Source of the DNA: a bacterium
GTDB lineage: Bacteria; JBDRGX01
Length of the DNA stretch: 53,003 bases
NCBI GenBank assembly: GCA_043817485.1
Contig: JBDRGX010000094.1
Coordinates: 1 to 53,003 of the forward strand
Direction: 5' to 3'
A program made the position numbers and the translations under genes. Positions 18,770 through 28,611 of the stretch are shown here, piece by piece. The notes beneath the pieces were generated by a model that searched no databases, had not been told where the DNA came from, and saw only the letters and a list, made by a program, of their open reading frames with translations. Position 1 is the stretch's first letter; each line of letters opens with the position of its first letter.

Positions 18770-19144
18770 AACTCTTCTCCTCTTTTTTGGACGACATCCA
18801 TTATGAGGAATTGCAGTTATATCTCTTATTAAAATTACTTTTAAACCTACTCCCTGCAATGATCTTACAGCTGCTTCTCTTCCAGCACCAGGCCCTTTTA
18901 AATGCACCTCTACAAAAGACAATCCTTTATCTACAGCTTTTTTAGCAGCTGTTTCTGCTGCTAATTGAGCAGCAAAAGGAGTACTTTTTTTTGACCCTTT
19001 GAATCCAACTGAACCTGAACTTGCCCAAGAAATACAATTTCCACTAAAATCTGTAATTGTAATAATAGTATTATTAAAAGTTGCTTGTATAAAAACTTTT
19101 CCTCCAAACCCTTTTTTCTTTTGTTGTTGTTTTTCTTCTATCAA
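18767..19144 (-). CDS. rpsK: 30S ribosomal protein S11
   Basis: [12 protein letters not shown]...[16 protein letters not shown]. The probable TTG start at 19144 lies 6 nt after GGAGG; the ORF track extends it to 19159. Confidence 0.92.
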   Translation of the reverse strand: MIEEKQQQKKKGFGGKVFIQATFNNTIITITDFSGNCISWASSGSVGFKGSKKSTPFAAQLAAETAAKKAVDKGLSFVEVHLKGPGAGREAAVRSLQGVGLKVILIRDITAIPHNGCRPKKRRRV

Positions 19145-19254
19145 AAGACACCTCCACAATAAAATATAAACATTTAAACCTTATTTTTATAAAATTATTA
19201 TTTATTTAATGAAAAACTAATTTTTTAAAATATTTTCATAAATTATTTCTTAAT

Positions 19255-19638
19255 TTATGCTTTTTTCTTTTCTTTAACTTTTCCACCAAGTTTTTTACGA
19301 GGACCTTTTTTAGTTCTTGCATTTGTTTTAGTTCTTTGTCCTCTAGATGGAAGCCCTTTTTTATGTCTTGTTCCACGATAACAATTTATTTCTACTAATC
19401 TTTTAATATCTGCATTAAGTGATAATCTAAGTTCTCCTTCTATTTTATATCCCTTTTCAATAATTTCTCTAAGTTTATTTACTTCTTCTACACTTAGATT
19501 TTTTATTCTTATATCTGGACTTATTTGAGCTTTTTTTAAAATCTCATTAGACAATGTTCTTCCTATTCCATAAATATAAGTAAGTCCTATTATTACCCTT
19601 TTTTCTGCTGGCAAATCTACACCAGAAATTCTTGCCAT
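19255..19638 (-). CDS. rpsM: 30S ribosomal protein S13
   Basis: [11 protein letters not shown].....LTYIYGIG.... Confidence 0.95.
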   Translation of the reverse strand: MARISGVDLPAEKRVIIGLTYIYGIGRTLSNEILKKAQISPDIRIKNLSVEEVNKLREIIEKGYKIEGELRLSLNADIKRLVEINCYRGTRHKKGLPSRGQRTKTNARTKKGPRKKLGGKVKEKKKA

Positions 19639-19740
19639 TTATACCTCCATTAAAAATAAAAACCATTAAAAAAACAAATAGCATTTTGTAAAGATATTTA
19701 TTTTTAAGCATATAAAAAACAAATATCTAAAATTAATTAT

Positions 19741-19854
19741 TTATCCTTGTCTTTGTTTATGTTTAGGATTAACACACTTAACTCTAACCACTCCCATTCT
19801 TCTCATCATTTTACATTTACTACATATTTTTTTTATAGAAGCTCTAACTTTCAT
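19741..19854 (-). CDS. rpmJ: 50S ribosomal protein L36
   Basis: Not in the ORF track because it is under 60 aa. My translation is [37 protein letters not shown], in the canonical position between infA and rpsM. Confidence 0.9.
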   Translation of the reverse strand: MKVRASIKKICSKCKMMRRMGVVRVKCVNPKHKQRQG

Positions 19855-19879
19855 AATAATTTCCTTTTTTTAAAAAAAT

Positions 19880-20098
19880 TTATTTAAATCTATAAGTAAT
19901 TCTACCTTTTGTTAAATCATATGGAGATAATTCTATTTTTACTTTATCTCCTTGAATTATTTTAATATAATTCATTCTCATTTTTCCAGAAATATAAGCT
20001 AAAACAATATGTCCATTTGTTAATTTTACTTTAAATGTTGTATTAGGCAACATTTCTATTACTGTACCTTCTATTTCTATTACATCTGCTTTTGACAT
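19880..20098 (-). CDS. infA: translation initiation factor IF-1
   Basis: [33 protein letters not shown]...I.I..GD.V..ELSPYDL..GRI.YR.K. Confidence 0.95.
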   Translation of the reverse strand: MSKADVIEIEGTVIEMLPNTTFKVKLTNGHIVLAYISGKMRMNYIKIIQGDKVKIELSPYDLTKGRITYRFK

Positions 20099-20123
20099 TT
20101 ACTAAAACTTTCTCCTTTAATTT

Positions 20124-20873
20124 TTAATCTACTAAACTCAAAATCTGCACTCCATTAGTAGTAAGAACTACTGTATGTTCAAAATGAGCTGATGGATTAT
20201 TATCGCAAGTTACTATTGTCCATTTATCATTTAAAGTTTTTACTTTAAAATTACCCATATTAACCATTGTTTCAATAGCAAGCACCATTCCCGGCAATAA
20301 AATACATCCTTGTCCTTTTATTCCAAAATTTGGAATTTGAGGCTCTTCATGTAAAGACTTACCAATTCCATGTCCAACAAAATCCCTTACTACTGAAAAT
20401 CCATTCATTTCTACATAATTTTGAATAAAAAATGATATATCACCTATTTTATTATTTACTTTTACTTGTTCAATAGCTTTATATAAAGATTGTTCTGCTA
20501 CTTCTACTAATTTTCTTTTTTCTTTATTTACTTCACCAACACAAAAAGTCTTAGCAACATCTCCAAAATATCCATTTAAAAATATCCCGACATCAATACT
20601 TACAATATCATTTTCTTTTATTTTTTTTTTACCAGGAATACCATGAATTACTTCTTCATTAATAGAAATACAAGAACCATAAGGAAATCCTCTGTAACCT
20701 TTAAAAGCTGGAACAGCATTATATTTTTTAATAATATCTTCTATAATTGCATTTAATGCATAAGTTGTTATTCCAACTTCTATATATTTTTCTATTTCTA
20801 AAAGAACTTTTGCTCCAATTGTACTACTCTTTCGAATACAATCAATTTCAAATTCATTTTTCAATAAAATCAT
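20124..20873 (-). CDS. map: type I methionine aminopeptidase
   Basis: Metal-ligand motifs (D..A, HGIG, E..I.N, EHT). The start is placed at M19 (MILLKNEFEIDCIRKS), the usual MAP N-terminus. Confidence 0.9.
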   Translation of the reverse strand: MILLKNEFEIDCIRKSSTIGAKVLLEIEKYIEVGITTYALNAIIEDIIKKYNAVPAFKGYRGFPYGSCISINEEVIHGIPGKKKIKENDIVSIDVGIFLNGYFGDVAKTFCVGEVNKEKRKLVEVAEQSLYKAIEQVKVNNKIGDISFFIQNYVEMNGFSVVRDFVGHGIGKSLHEEPQIPNFGIKGQGCILLPGMVLAIETMVNMGNFKVKTLNDKWTIVTCDNNPSAHFEHTVVLTTNGVQILSLVD

Positions 20874-21519
20874 ATTTGTTCTCAAGGATTTCTTCAAATA
20901 TTTCTTCTTTATCTCTATTTCCATCAATATTCACTAAAATTTTTTCTTTTTCATAATATTCTATCAATGGATTTGTTTCTTTTTCATAAACTATTAATCT
21001 TTGTTTAACTATTTCTTCATTATCATCTTTTCGCTGAATAAGATCTGCTTCACATTTTTCACATTTATTTTGTTTCGAAGGGTTAAAATATAAATTATAT
21101 TGTTCTTTACATTGAGAACAAATTCGTCTTCCAGATAATCGTTTAATTAAAATTTTATTTTCTAATTGAATATTTAACACTTGTTTTAATTGAAAACTAT
21201 ATTCATCTAACATTTTATTAAATTCTTTAACTTGATCCATATTACGAGGAAATCCATCTATAACAAATCCTTTTTCACAATCTTGTTTTTTTATTCTTTT
21301 TTCAACTACAGATGTTATTATTTCATCTGGCACTAAAACACCTGAATTTACATATTGTTCAACTTTTTTACCAAGTTCATCTTTTTCTTTAATAGATTCT
21401 CTTAAAATATTTCCTGTAGAAATATGCGGAATATTATATTTTTTACTTATTAAATCACCTTGTGTACTTTTGCCAGAACCTGGTGCCCCTATAAAAAGAA
21501 ATACTAAAGAATTTTTCAA
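20854..21519 (-). CDS. adk: adenylate kinase (Cys4 zinc-lid type)
   Basis: P-loop GAPGSGKSTQ. Lid C.QC...(n)..C.KC. TTG start preceded by AGAGG. Confidence 0.93.
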   Translation of the reverse strand: MKNSLVFLFIGAPGSGKSTQGDLISKKYNIPHISTGNILRESIKEKDELGKKVEQYVNSGVLVPDEIITSVVEKRIKKQDCEKGFVIDGFPRNMDQVKEFNKMLDEYSFQLKQVLNIQLENKILIKRLSGRRICSQCKEQYNLYFNPSKQNKCEKCEADLIQRKDDNEEIVKQRLIVYEKETNPLIEYYEKEKILVNIDGNRDKEEIFEEILENKYDFIEK

Positions 21520-21541
21520 AAAAACCTCTTTTTAAATAAAA

Positions 21542-22927
21542 TTAAAAACCTCTTCTACCTTTAATTGTACCTTTTTTCATAAAACCTTCATAAGATCGAG
21601 ATATTAAATGAGTTTCTATTTGTTGAACCGTATCTAAAGCTACACCTATTACGATAAGAAGAGAAGTTCCTCCAAACCAAAATGGAGCATTAAAGGTACT
21701 AATTAAAACATCTGGCAAAATAGCAATCAAAGCTAAATATATACCACCCATAAAAGTTATTTTTGAAAGAACGCTTTCAATAAAATCTGCTGTTTGTTTT
21801 CCTGGTCTTAATCCCGGAATAAAACCACCATATTTTCTCATATTATCAGAAACATCAGTCGGATTAAAAATTACAGAAGTATAAAAAAAAGAAAAAAATA
21901 CAATTAAACCAGCATAAAAAACATTATATAAAGTAAATACTTGAAATATCTTACATATAATAGTTTCTTTTAAATATGCTGGAAATAAACTAAAAAGACT
22001 ATAAGGAGTACCTGGTGAAACAAAATCTGCTATTTTTTTTACAAAACCAATTTTTACAAATTGAGCTACTGTAGCTGGAAACATTAAAATTGAAGAAGCA
22101 AAAATAACGGGAATAACTCCAGCAGTATTAATTCTAAGAGGTATAAACGAACTCTGCCCTCCATAAATTTTTCTTCCCACTACTCTTTTAGCATATTGAA
22201 CTGGAATTTTACGCATTCCTTGAGTAATGGCTATTACAGCTGCACTTGTTAAAACCATTATTGCTATAATCAAAATTAAAAAGAAAACAGATAATCTTCC
22301 CGTAGAAAGAGCATTTATTGTTCTACCTAAATCTTCTGGCATTTCACAAACAATACCAAAAAATATAATTAAAGAAATACCATTCCCAATTCCTAATTCA
22401 CTAATTCTTTCTCCTAACCACATTAAAAAAGAAGTACCTGTAGTTAAAGTAAGAACTGTCATTAGTCTAAAACTCAAACCAGGATCAGGAACTACTACAT
22501 GACCACTAAAATTTTGAGGATTTTCTAACCATAAACTGATACCATAAGACTGAACAATGCTTAAAAGTATTGTTCCATATCGAGTATATCGTGCAATTTT
22601 CTTTTTACCTTCTGCTCCTTCTTTAGATAATTTTTCTAAATAAGGAACTACTACAGTAAGAAGTTGAAAAATAATTGAAGAACTAATATAAGGCATAATT
22701 CCTAAAGCAAAAATAGTAAGTCTTCTAAGAGATCTACCAGAAAATAAATCAAAAAGTCCTAATAAATTACCTTTTTGTTGAGCAAAAAAATCACCTAATA
22801 CACTACTATTAATTCCAGCTGTAGGAATATGAGAACCTATTCTATAAACAACCATTAACAATAAAGTATAAATTATTTTTTTTCTTAAATCTGAAATTTT
22901 AAAAATATTTGAAAAAGCTTGAAACAT
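21542..22927 (-). CDS. secY: preprotein translocase subunit SecY
   Basis: 461 aa with 10 TM segments, in the conserved position after rplO. Confidence 0.95.
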   Translation of the reverse strand: MFQAFSNIFKISDLRKKIIYTLLLMVVYRIGSHIPTAGINSSVLGDFFAQQKGNLLGLFDLFSGRSLRRLTIFALGIMPYISSSIIFQLLTVVVPYLEKLSKEGAEGKKKIARYTRYGTILLSIVQSYGISLWLENPQNFSGHVVVPDPGLSFRLMTVLTLTTGTSFLMWLGERISELGIGNGISLIIFFGIVCEMPEDLGRTINALSTGRLSVFFLILIIAIMVLTSAAVIAITQGMRKIPVQYAKRVVGRKIYGGQSSFIPLRINTAGVIPVIFASSILMFPATVAQFVKIGFVKKIADFVSPGTPYSLFSLFPAYLKETIICKIFQVFTLYNVFYAGLIVFFSFFYTSVIFNPTDVSDNMRKYGGFIPGLRPGKQTADFIESVLSKITFMGGIYLALIAILPDVLISTFNAPFWFGGTSLLIVIGVALDTVQQIETHLISRSYEGFMKKGTIKGRRGF

Positions 22928-22980
22928 TTTTCTTAAACTCCAAAACTATATAATTTTTTTATTAATTAAATAGCCTTCTT

Positions 22981-23424
22981 TTATATTATTATTTTTCCAC
23001 CAACTGCTTCTATTTTTTCTTTAGCAGATGCACTCATAAAAAAATCTTTCATATTTATATTTAAAGACTTTACGATTTTACCTTTACCTAAAATTTTTAC
23101 TTTTTCTTTTGTATTTTTAACTAATCCTTGTTTAACAAGATTTTCAATGGTTATCATTGATCCATTTTCAAACTTATTTAAACTATCTATATTTAAAATT
23201 CTTATTTTTTTTCTAAATTTATTTGTAAAACCTCTTTTAGGAGTACGTCTTTGTAAAGGCATTTGTCCACCTTCAAATCCTTCATAGAATCGTCCTTTTC
23301 CTCTAGATTTTTGCCCTTTATGTCCACGAGTAGATGTTTTTCCATGTCCAGAAGAACGACCACAACCTAATCTCTTTTTTCTTTTTTTTGAACCTACTGC
23401 AGGTTTTAAATCACTTATTTTCAT
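22981..23424 (-). CDS. rplO: 50S ribosomal protein L15
   Basis: Gly/Lys/Arg-rich N-terminal part (...GRSSGHGKTSTRGHKGQKSRG...) and operon position. Confidence 0.93.
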   Translation of the reverse strand: MKISDLKPAVGSKKRKKRLGCGRSSGHGKTSTRGHKGQKSRGKGRFYEGFEGGQMPLQRRTPKRGFTNKFRKKIRILNIDSLNKFENGSMITIENLVKQGLVKNTKEKVKILGKGKIVKSLNINMKDFFMSASAKEKIEAVGGKIII

Positions 23425-23603
23425 ATTTTTTCTACCTTTAATAAATAACCTATATGATTAATTACTCCTTGAATTTGAGGAGTATTATTAAAATTTTTTG
23501 TTTTATTTATTTTTGATAAACTTAAAGTTTCTAATATTTTTTTATGTTTTTTATTTACACCTATTTTGCTTTTAACTAAAGTAATTTTTATTTTTTCATT
23601 CAT
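23421..23603 (-). CDS. rpmD: 50S ribosomal protein L30
   Basis: 60 aa (IKITLVKS.IG......TL..L.L.K), located between rpsE and rplO. Confidence 0.9.
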   Translation of the reverse strand: MNEKIKITLVKSKIGVNKKHKKILETLSLSKINKTKNFNNTPQIQGVINHIGYLLKVEKI

Positions 23604-23659
23604 TTTTTTCTCTCTATTTTTTTTAATATTTTATATACTTATTCTTAATATGGCTTTAT

Positions 23660-24199
23660 TTAATTTTCTCTTTCTGCTTCCAAATCTTCTTTTCTTTTTA
23701 ATTTTTGCAATGCTAATAAAGTAGCTCTAGCTACATTGCTAGCATTATCAGATCCAAGAGATTTAGCCAAAATATTTTTAATTCCGCCTACTTCCAATAC
23801 AGCTCTTACTGCTCCACCTGCAAGAACACCAGTTCCTGCATATGCTGGTTTTAATAAAACACAAGCAGCTCCAAATTTTCCAACAGATTCATAAGGAATA
23901 GAATTTTCTACTAAAGAAAATTCTATTATATTTTTTTTTGCATCTTGAACAGCTTTTCTAATTGCCACAGAAATTTCAACTGCTTTTCCTGTACCTATTC
24001 CTACACAACCTTTACCATTCCCAACAGATACTAAAACACTAAATCTAAATCTACGACCACCTGTTATTACTTTTGTTACTCTATTTATACTTATAACTCT
24101 TTCTAAAAATTCTTCTTCATTTTTTTGTAGTTCATTCATAGATTCTTTTGCTTTTGCAAAATTTTTTATTCTTTTTTCTTTACTTTCTTTAGTAATCAT
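23660..24199 (-). CDS. rpsE: 30S ribosomal protein S5
   Basis: RV.KV..GGRRFRFS.LV.VGN..G.VG.G.GKA.EV..AI.KA. Confidence 0.95.
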   Translation of the reverse strand: MITKESKEKRIKNFAKAKESMNELQKNEEEFLERVISINRVTKVITGGRRFRFSVLVSVGNGKGCVGIGTGKAVEISVAIRKAVQDAKKNIIEFSLVENSIPYESVGKFGAACVLLKPAYAGTGVLAGGAVRAVLEVGGIKNILAKSLGSDNASNVARATLLALQKLKRKEDLEAEREN

Positions 24200-24220
24200 T
24201 CATACCTCATGCTTTTTAAT

Positions 24221-24565
24221 TTAAAATACTAATCCATTTTTTCTTGCTGCATCAGCTAATGCAGATATTCTTCCATAATAAACATATCCATTTCTATCAA
24301 ACATTACTTCTTTAATCCCTTTTTGCAAAGCATCTTTTGCTACTAATTCTCCAACTTTTTTTGCAGCTTCTATATTCCATCCTTTATTTATATCTTTTTT
24401 GAATTCAGAAGATAAAGAAGATTTTGCAACCAAACTTTTTCCATTTTCATCATTAATAATTTGAGCATAAATATGTTTTTGACTTCTATAAACACATAAT
24501 CTTGGTCTTTCCGATGTTCCTTTAATTCTTTTTTTTGTTCTTATAAGTTTTTTATCTACTTTCAT
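24221..24565 (-). CDS. rplR: 50S ribosomal protein L18
   Basis: RPRL.VYRS.KHIYAQ.I.D....FDR.GY.YHGR-like motifs. Confidence 0.94.
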   Translation of the reverse strand: MKVDKKLIRTKKRIKGTSERPRLCVYRSQKHIYAQIINDENGKSLVAKSSLSSEFKKDINKGWNIEAAKKVGELVAKDALQKGIKEVMFDRNGYVYYGRISALADAARKNGLVF

Positions 24566-24602
24566 ATAAAAATCCCCTTATTGAAATAATCTTTCATCAA
24601 AT

Positions 24603-24750
24603 TTATTTTCAACCTGCTAATATTATTGCTTCAAATATTACTACTGGTAATATACTTATATTTCTATTACTTTCTTTCTTCTTCTTGTTTTCCCTTACAA
24701 ACTATTCCATTTAATACTAAAATACCAATTACTACTAAATATTTCTTTAT
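24603..24750 (-). pseudogene. decayed third copy of the small lipoprotein gene
   Basis: Same RBS context as the intact copies, but ATG is replaced by ATA (24748-24750). It reads (I)KKYLVVIGILVLNGIVCKGKQEEERK* with a premature stop at 24667-24669. Recognisable AT-decayed homology continues to about 24603. Confidence 0.6.
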
Positions 24751-24786
24751 CCTAAAAACTCTCTTCTTTTTAACTTATAGAATATA

Positions 24787-24817
24787 TCAGACATTAGATT
24801 TTAAATCTAATGTCTGA
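24787..24817. terminator. perfect 31-nt palindrome (15-bp arms) downstream of lipoprotein copy 2
   Basis: TCAGACATTAGATTT-T-AAATCTAATGTCTGA; every position pairs. It is followed on the minus strand by U/A-rich sequence. Possible terminator or RNA-processing hairpin. Confidence 0.45.
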
Positions 24818-24834
24818 GTATTATTCTATTTTGT

Positions 24835-24993
24835 TTATTTTTTAACTGGTGCTACTGGAGTTGTTGCTTCTGGTGCTACTGCTTCAGTTGTAACTGCTGG
24901 TTCTTCTATTATTGCTTCTTCTTGTTTTCCTTTACAAGCTATTCCATTTAATACCAATCCTAAAATACCAAGTACTACTAAATATTTCTTCAT
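24835..24993 (-). CDS. small secreted lipoprotein-like protein (52 aa), paralog of 25068..25271
   Basis: Not in the ORF track because it is under 60 aa. My translation is MKKYLVVLGILGLVLNGIACKGKQEEAIIEEPAVTTEAVAPEATTPVAPVKK. RBS AAGGAGAG lies upstream. The first 36 residues are identical to the neighbouring copy. Confidence 0.7.
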   Translation of the reverse strand: MKKYLVVLGILGLVLNGIACKGKQEEAIIEEPAVTTEAVAPEATTPVAPVKK

Positions 24994-25067
24994 CCTAAAA
25001 ACTCTCCTTTTTTTAATTATAGAATAATCATATATTAAATTTAATATATAAAATTATTCTTGTTTGT

Positions 25068-25271
25068 TTATTTTTTACCTTTTGTTTCTGTTACTGGTGC
25101 TACTACTTCAGGTGTTATTACTGGTGCTACTACTTCTGAAGTTGTTGCTGGTGCTACTGTTTCAGTTGTAACTGCTGGTTCTTCTATTATTGCTTCTTCT
25201 TGTTTTCCTTTACAAGCTATTCCATTTAATACCAACCCTAAAATACCAAGTACTACTAAATATTTCTTCAT
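25068..25271 (-). CDS. small secreted lipoprotein-like protein (67 aa) with a V/A/P/T/E-rich repeat tail
   Basis: Signal peptide plus ...LNGIAC (lipobox-like) followed by KGKQEE and tandem TSEVVAPV/TPEVVAPV units. RBS AAAGGAG lies upstream. Confidence 0.75.
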   Translation of the reverse strand: MKKYLVVLGILGLVLNGIACKGKQEEAIIEEPAVTTETVAPATTSEVVAPVITPEVVAPVTETKGKK

Positions 25272-25357
25272 CCTAAAAAACTCCTTTCTTTTTAATTTAT
25301 GCAGATTTTACTTTAATCTGCTTTTATATAAAATTATAAACATGTAAAAAAAAATTA

Positions 25358-25900
25358 TTATGCAGCTCCAGTTTTCCCAACCTTTCTACGAATTCTTTCA
25401 CCTTTATAAATTATTCCTTTTCCTTTATAAGGTTCTGGTTTTTTTAGTGATTTAATAAAAGCAGATATTTTCCCTACTAATTCTTTATCAATTCCTTCTA
25501 CACAAACAGAAGTTCCTTTTTCTTCAACACTAATTTTTATTCCTAAAGGGATATCTACTTCTACAGGATGAGAAAAACCTAAATTTAAAACTAATTTTTC
25601 TGCCTTAATTTCTGCTTTATATCCTAATCCATTAATTTGAAGATATTTTTTAAAACCAATATTTATTCCTATTATCATATTAATAATTAAAGCTCTATAA
25701 AGTCCATGATATGCTTTATCTTGCTTAGAATCAGATTTTCTTTTCACCCAAATTTTTTCATTTTCTATTTCTATATCTACATGTCCTAAAATATTCCGTT
25801 CTAAACTTCCTTTTAATCCTTGTACAATTACTTTTTCATTTTCTTTAGATACTTTTATTCCAGAAGGAATTTCTATTGGATATTTGCCTAATCTAGACAT
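25358..25900 (-). CDS. rplF: 50S ribosomal protein L6
   Basis: MSRLGKYPIEIP.GV.V.... The start is placed at M4 of the ORF. Confidence 0.94.
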   Translation of the reverse strand: MSRLGKYPIEIPSGIKVSKENEKVIVQGLKGSLERNILGHVDIEIENEKIWVKRKSDSKQDKAYHGLYRALIINMIIGINIGFKKYLQINGLGYKAEIKAEKLVLNLGFSHPVEVDIPLGIKISVEEKGTSVCVEGIDKELVGKISAFIKSLKKPEPYKGKGIIYKGERIRRKVGKTGAA

Positions 25901-25993
25901 TCTCAACACCTCTTTTTAAAACTAATTTTTTACAAAATATTTTTTTAATAAAACTTCTTACATTTTAAATAATTATAACTTAAATATTTTATT

Positions 25994-26392
25994 TTACCAA
26001 ATAGAACAAAGTACTTCTCCCCCAATTTTCATATTTTTTGCTTCTTTATCTGTCATTATTCCACGAGAAGTAGAAACTATAAATATTCCTAATCCACCTA
26101 AAATTCTAGGAATTTTATACCAAGAAAAATATCTTCTTAATCCAGGTTTACTTATTCTTTTTAATCCAGAAATAACACCTTCTCCTTTTTTATTATATTT
26201 CAAATAAACTTTCAAAATTTTCCTTTGAGTATCTTCCATAGTAATTAATTCAAATTCTTTAATAAAACCTGTATTTTTCAAAATTTTAATAATTTCTTGT
26301 TTTATTTTTGAATAAGGAATATTTACATCTTCTTTTTTTACTAAATTAGCATTTCTTATTATAGTAAGAGCATTTGCTATTGGATCTGTCAT
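25994..26392 (-). CDS. rpsH: 30S ribosomal protein S8
   Basis: MTDPIAN.LT.IRNA... and a C-terminus ...GGEVLC.IW. The start is placed at M3 of the ORF, preceded by GGAGG. Confidence 0.94.
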   Translation of the reverse strand: MTDPIANALTIIRNANLVKKEDVNIPYSKIKQEIIKILKNTGFIKEFELITMEDTQRKILKVYLKYNKKGEGVISGLKRISKPGLRRYFSWYKIPRILGGLGIFIVSTSRGIMTDKEAKNMKIGGEVLCSIW

Positions 26393-26518
26393 ACACATAT
26401 TTTACAAAACCTCCTTATGATTTCAAAATCATAAAAAACTATTTTACAAATAATATTTAATTATCTAAATTTTATCAAATCATTTAACTTTTTCTTGCAT
26501 TTTTAACATTATTCAAAA

Positions 26519-26704
26519 TTACCAGCTTGCTTTTACTACTCCTGGAAGTTCACCAAAAGAAGCCATTTCTCTAAAACATATTCGACATAAGTTAAAATCT
26601 CTTAAAAAACCTCTACTTCGTCCACAACGAAAACATCTATTATATTTTCTAACTTTAAATTTAGGTTCTTTATTTGCTTTATTTATTAAACTTTTTTTAG
26701 CCAC
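26519..26704 (-). CDS. rpsN: 30S ribosomal protein S14, Zn-ribbon (type Z, 61 aa)
   Basis: C.RCGR..G....F.LCR.CFRE....G.LPGV.KASW. Confidence 0.94.
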   Translation of the reverse strand: MAKKSLINKANKEPKFKVRKYNRCFRCGRSRGFLRDFNLCRICFREMASFGELPGVVKASW

Positions 26705-26743
26705 AAATCCACCTTTCTTTTATAACATCAAATTAAAAAATAG

Positions 26744-27289
26744 TTAATTTATTAATGGCATGCCCATAAACAATAATAAATCTTTTCCTTGGAATTTATC
26801 CTTTGCTGTAGTAGTAATACATACATTCATTCCTTTGATTTTTTTAACTTTTTCATGTTCTATTTCTGGAAATATTATTTGTTCTTTTATTCCAATAGTA
26901 CAATTTCCTTGTTCATCTAAAGAAACAGAAAGTCCTCTGAAATCTCTAATTCTAGGAGTAACTATATTGATAAATCTTTCTAAAAACTCATACATTCTTA
27001 CTCCTCGCAAAGTTACTTTGCAACCAATTGGCATTCCTTCTCGTACATTAAAACCAGCAATTGATTTTTTTGCTCGAGTAATAATTGGTTTTTGTCCACT
27101 TATCAAAGCAAGTTCTTTTACTGCATCATCTAAAATTTTAATATCTGTTTTAGCATCTGCAACACCCATATTAAGTGTAACTTTTTCTACTTTAGGTACT
27201 TGCAATTTATTTTTATAACCATATTTTTCTATCATTGCAGAAACAACTTCATTTTTATATTTATTTTTTAAATCTGGTATTTTATTCAA
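26744..27289 (-). CDS. rplE: 50S ribosomal protein L5
   Basis: Conserved L5 blocks (ITRAKKSIA.F..REGMPIG.KVTLRG..MYEFL.R). TTG start 6 nt after GGAGG. Confidence 0.94.
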   Translation of the reverse strand: MNKIPDLKNKYKNEVVSAMIEKYGYKNKLQVPKVEKVTLNMGVADAKTDIKILDDAVKELALISGQKPIITRAKKSIAGFNVREGMPIGCKVTLRGVRMYEFLERFINIVTPRIRDFRGLSVSLDEQGNCTIGIKEQIIFPEIEHEKVKKIKGMNVCITTTAKDKFQGKDLLLFMGMPLIN

Positions 27290-27359
27290 ATTATGCCTCC
27301 ACTTTTTTATGGCATTTTAAAGCTGTATAATTTTATATTTTTTGAAAAAATATAAAATA

Positions 27360-27686
27360 TTAAATAACTTCATCACATTTAATACAAACTCTTACGTTTT
27401 TATCTTCTATTTTCTTATGTCGAATTCTTACGGGACGATTACATTTATTACATATTAACATTAAATTTGAAACATGAATAGGAGATTCTTTTTGTATTAT
27501 TCCACCCTTAGGATCTTTTTGAGTTGGCTTTATATGTCGTTTTACAAAATTTATACCTTCTACTACAAATTTATTTTTTTCTCTCAATATAGATAAAATT
27601 TTTCCTTTTTTTCCTTTATCTTTTCCAGTCATTACAAAAACAATATCATTTTTTTTAACATGAAATTTTTTTTGAGATATTTGCAT
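27360..27686 (-). CDS. rplX: 50S ribosomal protein L24
   Basis: KKND.V.V..GKDKGK.GKIL KOW motif, and operon position. Confidence 0.93.
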   Translation of the reverse strand: MQISQKKFHVKKNDIVFVMTGKDKGKKGKILSILREKNKFVVEGINFVKRHIKPTQKDPKGGIIQKESPIHVSNLMLICNKCNRPVRIRHKKIEDKNVRVCIKCDEVI

Positions 27687-27742
27687 TTTTTAAACCTTTT
27701 CTTAATTAGCCGTAATAATTATTATTCGGCAATTATATAAAA

Positions 27743-28111
27743 TTAAATTACTTCTGGAGCTAATGAGACTATTTTCATAAAAGCTTTTTCTCTTAATTCT
27801 CTAACAACAGGACCAAATATTCTTGTGCCTTTAGGATTTTGTTGAGCATCAATAATAACTACTGCATTTTCATCAAATCTTATATAAGATCCATCTACTC
27901 TTTTAAATTCTTTTTTTGTTCTTACTATTACTGCTTTAACAACATCACCTTTTTTTATTCCACTTTCTGGCAATACTTCTTTTACTGTAACTACAATAAT
28001 ATCTGCCACATGTGCATATTTTCTGCCACTACCTCCTAATACTTTAATACACATTACTTTTTTAGCACCTGAATTATCAGCAACTTTTAAAATACTTCTT
28101 TCTTGTATCAT
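27743..28111 (-). CDS. rplN: 50S ribosomal protein L14
   Basis: [13 protein letters not shown]...CI.VLGGS.R. Confidence 0.96.
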   Translation of the reverse strand: MIQERSILKVADNSGAKKVMCIKVLGGSGRKYAHVADIIVVTVKEVLPESGIKKGDVVKAVIVRTKKEFKRVDGSYIRFDENAVVIIDAQQNPKGTRIFGPVVRELREKAFMKIVSLAPEVI

Positions 28112-28350
28112 TTTTCTTCACCCATAATTTCAACCAAACGCCATTTTTTCATTTTACTTAAAGGCCTGGTTTCTTTAATTTTTACTTTATCACCTATTTT
28201 TGCTCTTAAATTTTCATCATGAGCATAAAATTTATTTTTTTTCTTAATAACTTTTTTATATAAAGGATGCGAAACAAGTTTTACTGATTCTACTATTATT
28301 GTTTTATTCATTTTGTTACTTATTACATAACCTATTTTTTCTTTTTGCAT
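28108..28350 (-). CDS. rpsQ: 30S ribosomal protein S17
   Basis: G.V.SNKM.KTI.V......HP.Y.K......K..AHDE....GD.V.I.E.RP.SK.K.W. The ATG at 28350 has better RBS spacing than the TTG at 28362. Confidence 0.92.
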   Translation of the reverse strand: MQKEKIGYVISNKMNKTIIVESVKLVSHPLYKKVIKKKNKFYAHDENLRAKIGDKVKIKETRPLSKMKKWRLVEIMGEEK

Positions 28351-28410
28351 TTTTTTACACAAACTCCTCTCAATAAAAATCCTTTTTTTATAACTATAAA
28401 AGTATTTTTA

Positions 28411-28611
28411 TTAAATCTTTTTTTTGTTTTGTAATTCACTCATTACTGTTTCTATTCTAGCAATATCTTTTTTATGTAATTTAATCTTTTTTGTATTTTC
28501 CATTTGCCCAATACTTAATTGATATCTTATTTTCATTAAATCATCTTTTAAATTTATTAATCTTTCTTTTAATTCAATTTTTTTCATATTTTTAATTTCT
28601 TCAATTTTCAT
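28411..28611 (-). CDS. rpmC: 50S ribosomal protein L29
   Basis: 66-aa helical protein (E.....L.......L..LR.Q...GQ.EN) located between rplP and rpsQ. Confidence 0.9.
   Translation of the reverse strand: MKIEEIKNMKKIELKERLINLKDDLMKIRYQLSIGQMENTKKIKLHKKDIARIETVMSELQNKKKI

Noticed and set aside
24626-25347. Plus-strand ORFs 24626..24817 and 25060..25347.
   Set aside because: They are mirror images of the minus-strand lipoprotein mini-genes. Those minus-strand genes have signal peptides, RBSs and conserved N-termini, and the plus-strand products are repeat-driven artefacts.
24603-25357. Possible CRISPR array, suggested by periodic repeats with hairpins.
   Set aside because: The repeat unit is about 240-280 nt, is protein-coding (signal peptide plus tail) and degenerates progressively. 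There are no short identical repeats separated by unique spacers and no cas genes.
26760-27218. 152-aa plus-strand ORF. Similar antisense ORFs occur at 22227..22502, 32431..32700, 32450..32632, 33774..33968, 34154..34339, 41620..41829, 42001..42267, 42976..43242, 13876..14106, 9912..10169, 27839..28039 and 28654..28866.
   Set aside because: All lie entirely antisense to strongly conserved genes (rplE, secY, rplC, tuf, gyrA and others). They have low-complexity, Ser/Phe/Ile/Leu-rich translations typical of shadow ORFs in AT-rich DNA, and no RBS.
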